19,225 nucleotides of DNA from Planctomycetota bacterium (GTDB lineage Bacteria; Planctomycetota; B15-G4; JADJEK01). The notes beneath the pieces are model-generated. The model had not been told where the DNA came from. It ran no database searches and saw nothing but the letters and a program-made list of their open reading frames with translations. Numbering within the stretch: the stretch's first letter is position 1; each line of letters starts with the position of its first letter. The stretch covers positions 1-19,225 of the forward strand of contig JBGAIQ010000082.1 of assembly GCA_044225365.1 (NCBI GenBank). Direction: 5' to 3'. The position numbers were made by a program, and so were the translations under genes. This document shows, piece by piece, positions 15,391 through 19,225 of this stretch.

Positions 15391-18050
15391 GAGCCCGCCG
15401 TCGTCGATGAGATATTGCGGTGGTCGACGAGATCATCCTCGACACCGTCTTGTCCGTCTGGTCGGTCGAGTTCCGCGACGAGCGACGCAACCTTCTTCTG
15501 TCGCTTCACACGCTGGCGGTAGTTCTCGGAGTCGAGGATCGCCGAGAAGGGCTCGTCGATTCGGTTCTCGAGCACGAATTCCCGCGCCGCGCGACCCATT
15601 CGTAGTCTCGTGTCGGAATCCATCAGTCTTCTCATCGCGTCAGCGAGCGCGGCGACGCTGCGTCCCGCGATCTTCCACCCGGTGACGCCATCGATCATCA
15701 ATTCGTGCGGACCGCCACGGTCCGAGACGACGACCGGCAATCCCGACGATTGTGCTTCGAGCGGGGCATTACCCCAGGTATCGGTCGTGCTCGGAAAGAG
15801 CTTTGCATCCGCCGAGGCGTACGCGATCGAGAGTTGCTCACCTTCGAGGAAGCCCGTGAAGGTGACGGGCGTTCCGGAAAGTCGCGCCTCGAGCGTACGA
15901 CGATACGGGCCGTCGCCGACGACGATGAGATGGACGTTCTGGTGCGTGGCGCAGAGTTCACAGAACGCATCCGCCATCACGTCGAGGTTCTTCTCGACGC
16001 CGACCCGTCCGACGTAGAGGAACTTCACGACCTCGGCTTCGCGCGCGATTCCGAATCGACTCCAGTATCCAATCGTTCGCTTGCCAGGGTGGAAACGCTC
16101 CGTGTCGACCCAGCGGTCGAAGATCAAGAGCTTTCGATTGCGTAGACCTCGCGCGTGAAGCAGGCGCGCAATGAAACGAGACGGTACGACGACCTCGTCC
16201 ACCGAATGGTAGAAGAGGATCATGTACTTCCACGTCAGGGCCTCGAGACTGATGTCGCGAGTGTAGTTCTCGACGTACTCGGGGAAACTCGTGTGATATG
16301 TCGAAGAAGTTTCGATTTGTAGCAACTTCGCGGCGATGAGCCCCGCCACGCCGACCGTTCCGGGCGTGCTGATCTGCATCTTCGTGAAGCCGCTCTCCTG
16401 AAGGAACCGCAAGAGATCGAGCAGCGGCGGCACCCGGATTTGCAGGCCTTCGTATTCGGGGAAGTCGAGATTGACGATCGAGGTCAGGATCTTCAACTTG
16501 CCGCTCTCGACGTATCGCCGAATGCCCTCGTCCTTGCAGCACTCCTCGCGCTCGGACTCGAGAAGGCACGTAACGACCGTGAAGTCGATTCCGCGACGCT
16601 CGGCCTCGTCGATCATCTTGCGAATCGTCCGCGCGACGCCATTGATTTCGAAGAACGTGTCGGTGACGAGCACGAGCTTCGACGACTCTGCGATTCCGAA
16701 GCCCTTTCGCACGTCCTTCACGAGCATGCGATCCGAGCTCTGATGCAGGTAGGACAGCAGATAAGGCAACGACACGAACACGTTCGACGAGATGAGAGCA
16801 ACCACTTCCTTCACGATGCGCATGAGGTCGAGCGAGTTCGCCGCGGCGATCCGGCTCACGTAGCGCTGGAAGATCCGATTCACGAGCGATCCGACGACCA
16901 TGAAGATCCGATCGTCCGTCTTCTGCGCCGCCGCTAGAGAGCGCCGGAAGTTCGCGTCGCCGAGGAGGCCCCGCGCTTCGCACGACAGGATCTTCTCGAA
17001 CGAGCGGTCGGCGGAGCTCTGGCGCTTGCTGAACAGATGGTCCAACAGACCTTGGAACCAGAGATTCGCCTGGAACGCCATTCGTTGTCGAATGCTCAGG
17101 GATCCGGAATCGAACACGAACGACAAGAGCGAATTGATCGGTCCTCCCATACTGACTGCACGGCCGGCCGCGTGGCGATTGCGGCTCGAGTTGCCGTCGT
17201 AGAGGAGCTTCACCATTGCGTGCGCAAGCGTCACCGGTCCCCCGTGGGCGCCGCCGGCGCTGGTCCGCCGCGCGCGGATCGCGTCGATGACATCATTCGC
17301 TACGAGCGGTCGACCGGAGCGAGCGGGGAACTCCGTCCACGTCCTCCCTGGATTGATACCGGAGTGATCGTCCGAGCCACCAACGATTGCCTTCGTCCAT
17401 GGCGCCTCGCCCTTTGGAGCGATCCCGTGCCTATTCGCGAGCCGTTCGATCGTTTCGCGATCGAGGGATCCCACGAGTCGTTCGGTCAGTTCGTTGAGGG
17501 ACCGAGTACGAGTTCCGTTTCGCACCTCGAGGCACGGGAACATCAGTAGAGCCTTCTCGATGTGATCGAGGCCGAGAGCTCCGTCGCGGCCATAGGGCCG
17601 ATTCTGTGTACTCATGAGCGGATGGGTCATGAAGTACGCCAGTCGATTCCCTGCAGACTGACTCGCTTCGTCACGAATTTGCGCGTCGACGTAGTGAATC
17701 ATCTCGTAGACGTTTCCCCGCAGGCGATTCACCTCCGCGAACTGTGATTCGGTCATGTTCGCGACGGTGACGTGGATATTGCATCCGTCTTCCGGAAACG
17801 TGGCCGTCATCTCCGCGCTGATGAAGACTCCTGGAAGTCCAGCGTCGAGCATCTCGCGCACCCCATCGATGGAGTTGTGATCGGTCAGCGTCACGAGCGA
17901 CATGCCTCGGCGCTTCAGCTCGTGATAGGTCTTGATGGGATCGGAGTACGACTCCGGGATCGAGAACGTGTTCGCCGCGTAGTAATCGGTGACGTTCGAT
18001 GCGTAGGAGTGGAGATGGAAGTCGATCTTTGCGATGAGCTCGTCGGTCAT
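15387..18050 (-). CDS. Fusion of an N-terminal PHP phosphoesterase-like domain and a C-terminal GT4 (GT-B) glycosyltransferase
   Basis: PHP motifs DFHLHS, LTDHNSIDG, SAEMT, THP, EVRNG, GGSDDHSG; GT4 motifs TDTFFEINGV, YHTSFPEY, YVGRVGVEKN, FPSTTDTWGNAPLEAQSSGLPV. Likely start ATG 18050 (MTDELIAKIDFHLH), 887 aa. Confidence 0.9.
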   Translation of the reverse strand: MTDELIAKIDFHLHSYASNVTDYYAANTFSIPESYSDPIKTYHELKRRGMSLVTLTDHNSIDGVREMLDAGLPGVFISAEMTATFPEDGCNIHVTVANMTESQFAEVNRLRGNVYEMIHYVDAQIRDEASQSAGNRLAYFMTHPLMSTQNRPYGRDGALGLDHIEKALLMFPCLEVRNGTRTRSLNELTERLVGSLDRETIERLANRHGIAPKGEAPWTKAIVGGSDDHSGINPGRTWTEFPARSGRPLVANDVIDAIRARRTSAGGAHGGPVTLAHAMVKLLYDGNSSRNRHAAGRAVSMGGPINSLLSFVFDSGSLSIRQRMAFQANLWFQGLLDHLFSKRQSSADRSFEKILSCEARGLLGDANFRRSLAAAQKTDDRIFMVVGSLVNRIFQRYVSRIAAANSLDLMRIVKEVVALISSNVFVSLPYLLSYLHQSSDRMLVKDVRKGFGIAESSKLVLVTDTFFEINGVARTIRKMIDEAERRGIDFTVVTCLLESEREECCKDEGIRRYVESGKLKILTSIVNLDFPEYEGLQIRVPPLLDLLRFLQESGFTKMQISTPGTVGVAGLIAAKLLQIETSSTYHTSFPEYVENYTRDISLEALTWKYMILFYHSVDEVVVPSRFIARLLHARGLRNRKLLIFDRWVDTERFHPGKRTIGYWSRFGIAREAEVVKFLYVGRVGVEKNLDVMADAFCELCATHQNVHLIVVGDGPYRRTLEARLSGTPVTFTGFLEGEQLSIAYASADAKLFPSTTDTWGNAPLEAQSSGLPVVVSDRGGPHELMIDGVTGWKIAGRSVAALADAMRRLMDSDTRLRMGRAAREFVLENRIDEPFSAILDSENYRQRVKRQKKVASLVAELDRPDGQDGVEDDLVDHRNISSTTAGS

Positions 18051-18265
18051 TCTTCGAAGTCCAATCTTGGATCGAGCGACGTCGGCTTCGCCTCCCACGT
18101 GATGGCGCACGTCGAAGGCTTGACAGCGACTGGAAAGAAAGCGCGTCGAAGCGAAACGGTTGGACCAGTTCGCGATGCAGGAACGGCAATGCACAGATCA
18201 AGACTCGCTTTTCTTCGCATCGCGTCCTTTACGCGGCACACGCACGACGATCTGCTGACGCCCCA

Positions 18266-18862
18266 ATGAGCTCGACCACGGCAGCATCGCGCGGCCTCTT
18301 CTTCTTCAAGCGGTTCTTGCGCAGTCCGCGCGAGGTCGGGGCGATTCTGCCGAGCACGCGTCACCTCGGCAGAGCGATGGTGCGCGGACTCGATCTGAAA
18401 GCCGGAGATCTCGTCCTGGAATACGGTCCGGGCACGGGATCGCTGACGCATGCGATCGCGGAGAGCGTCGCGCGCACTCCCGGCCTGCGATATCTCGGCA
18501 TCGAACGCGACGCGGAGTTCTGCGAACTGCTCCGTCACCGATTCCCGAGTCTCGAATTCGTGAATTCGCAGGTCGAGGACGTGCGGCGGCTACTCGCGGA
18601 GCGCGACCTGCCCGCCCCTCGTGCGATCCTTTCCGGCCTGCCGCTCATCCTGCTGCCCAAGATGACCGAGATCGTCGTGACGGCGTCGCAGATCCTGACC
18701 AAGGGCGGCGAATTCCGGACCTTCAGCTACCTTCAGTGCTACCCGACCCCGTCGGCAGCACGATTGCGGAGACTCATGCGCGACCACTTCTCCGCGGTGG
18801 ACCTTCGTCTCGTCCTCAAGAACTTCCCCCTGGCGCTGATCCTGGAAGGGTTGGTCCCTTGA
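18266..18862 (+). CDS. SAM-dependent phospholipid/aminolipid N-methyltransferase (rhizobial PmtA-like, COG3963 type)
   Basis: N-terminal amphipathic FFKRFLRSPREVGAILPS, SAM motif VLEYGPGTG, ILSGLP, GGEFRTFSY, C-terminal NFP. Confidence 0.85.
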   Translation: MSSTTAASRGLFFFKRFLRSPREVGAILPSTRHLGRAMVRGLDLKAGDLVLEYGPGTGSLTHAIAESVARTPGLRYLGIERDAEFCELLRHRFPSLEFVNSQVEDVRRLLAERDLPAPRAILSGLPLILLPKMTEIVVTASQILTKGGEFRTFSYLQCYPTPSAARLRRLMRDHFSAVDLRLVLKNFPLALILEGLVP

Positions 18863-19225
18863 TTCAAGTCCTGCTCATTTCGCTCCTACTCGCGTGCTCC
18901 CCCTCCTCCATCGAAGCGAGAACCGCCGAAGGTCCGAAACAGGCGGGCAAGGGCCCGATCAAGGTCTTCATCCTCGCCGGCCAATCGAACATGCAAGGCC
19001 AGGGCCTCGTCGAAGGAAAGGACGAAGCGGGCAACGAGAAGAAGGGAACGTTGACCGCCTTGCTGAGCGACCAGGAGAAGGCTCCGCTCCTCCAGCACCT
19101 GCGCGACAAGAAGGGGAACTGGATCGAGCGCGACGACGTATGGGTCTACGACATCAACGAATTCGCGACAACGAAAGGGCGTCTCGCGCTCGGCTTCGGC
19201 TGGAATCCGAACGACAAGAACTGGT
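18859..19225 (+). CDS. Sialate O-acetylesterase/CE6-like (SASA, SGNH) esterase, possible lipoprotein; partial, runs off the right edge (missing from the ORF track)
   Basis: TTG start at 18859 overlapping the upstream TGA, with GGAAGG upstream; MIQVLLISLLLAC(SPSS) lipobox-like; PIKVFILAGQSNMQG signature; open to the window end. Confidence 0.85.
   Translation, partial: MIQVLLISLLLACSPSSIEARTAEGPKQAGKGPIKVFILAGQSNMQGQGLVEGKDEAGNEKKGTLTALLSDQEKAPLLQHLRDKKGNWIERDDVWVYDINEFATTKGRLALGFGWNPNDKNW

Noticed and set aside
18120-18150. Perfect TTGACA -35 hexamer upstream of the methyltransferase
   Set aside because: No credible -10 element at 16-18 nt spacing.
1-19225. Frequent CGATCG/GCGATCGC words (HIP1-like); search for CRISPR arrays, integrases and transposases
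   Set aside because: The words are plausibly explained by codon usage (e.g. GCG ATC GCG) and were not quantified; no regularly spaced direct repeats or recombinase/transposase motifs were seen.

Overview
GC-rich bacterial window; the gene content (FG-GAP protein, carboxypeptidase-regulatory-like repeat protein, arylsulfotransferase, SASA esterase) resembles Planctomycetota, which is my inference. The left half (1-9.8 kb) encodes secreted or envelope proteins: a partial secreted protein, an M12-type metallopeptidase, an ArnT/GT39-like glycosyltransferase, an 8-repeat carboxypeptidase-regulatory-like protein and a 7-repeat FG-GAP protein. A tRNA-Gly(CCC) with promoter and terminator hairpin and an arylsulfotransferase follow. 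From about 12.0 to 18.9 kb lies a five-gene lipid-related cluster: a Psd-family decarboxylase with altered substrate-site residues, an Mpo1/DUF962-like membrane protein, a class III aminotransferase with an N-terminal extension, a PHP+GT4 fusion and a PmtA-like N-methyltransferase. This is the best candidate for an uncharacterised membrane-lipid pathway. Also notable are a 166-bp rod-shaped MITE-like element with 27-bp terminal inverted repeats (885-1050) and a ~100-aa module apparently shared by two unrelated secreted proteins. Family assignments come from motif recognition by eye; no searches were run.
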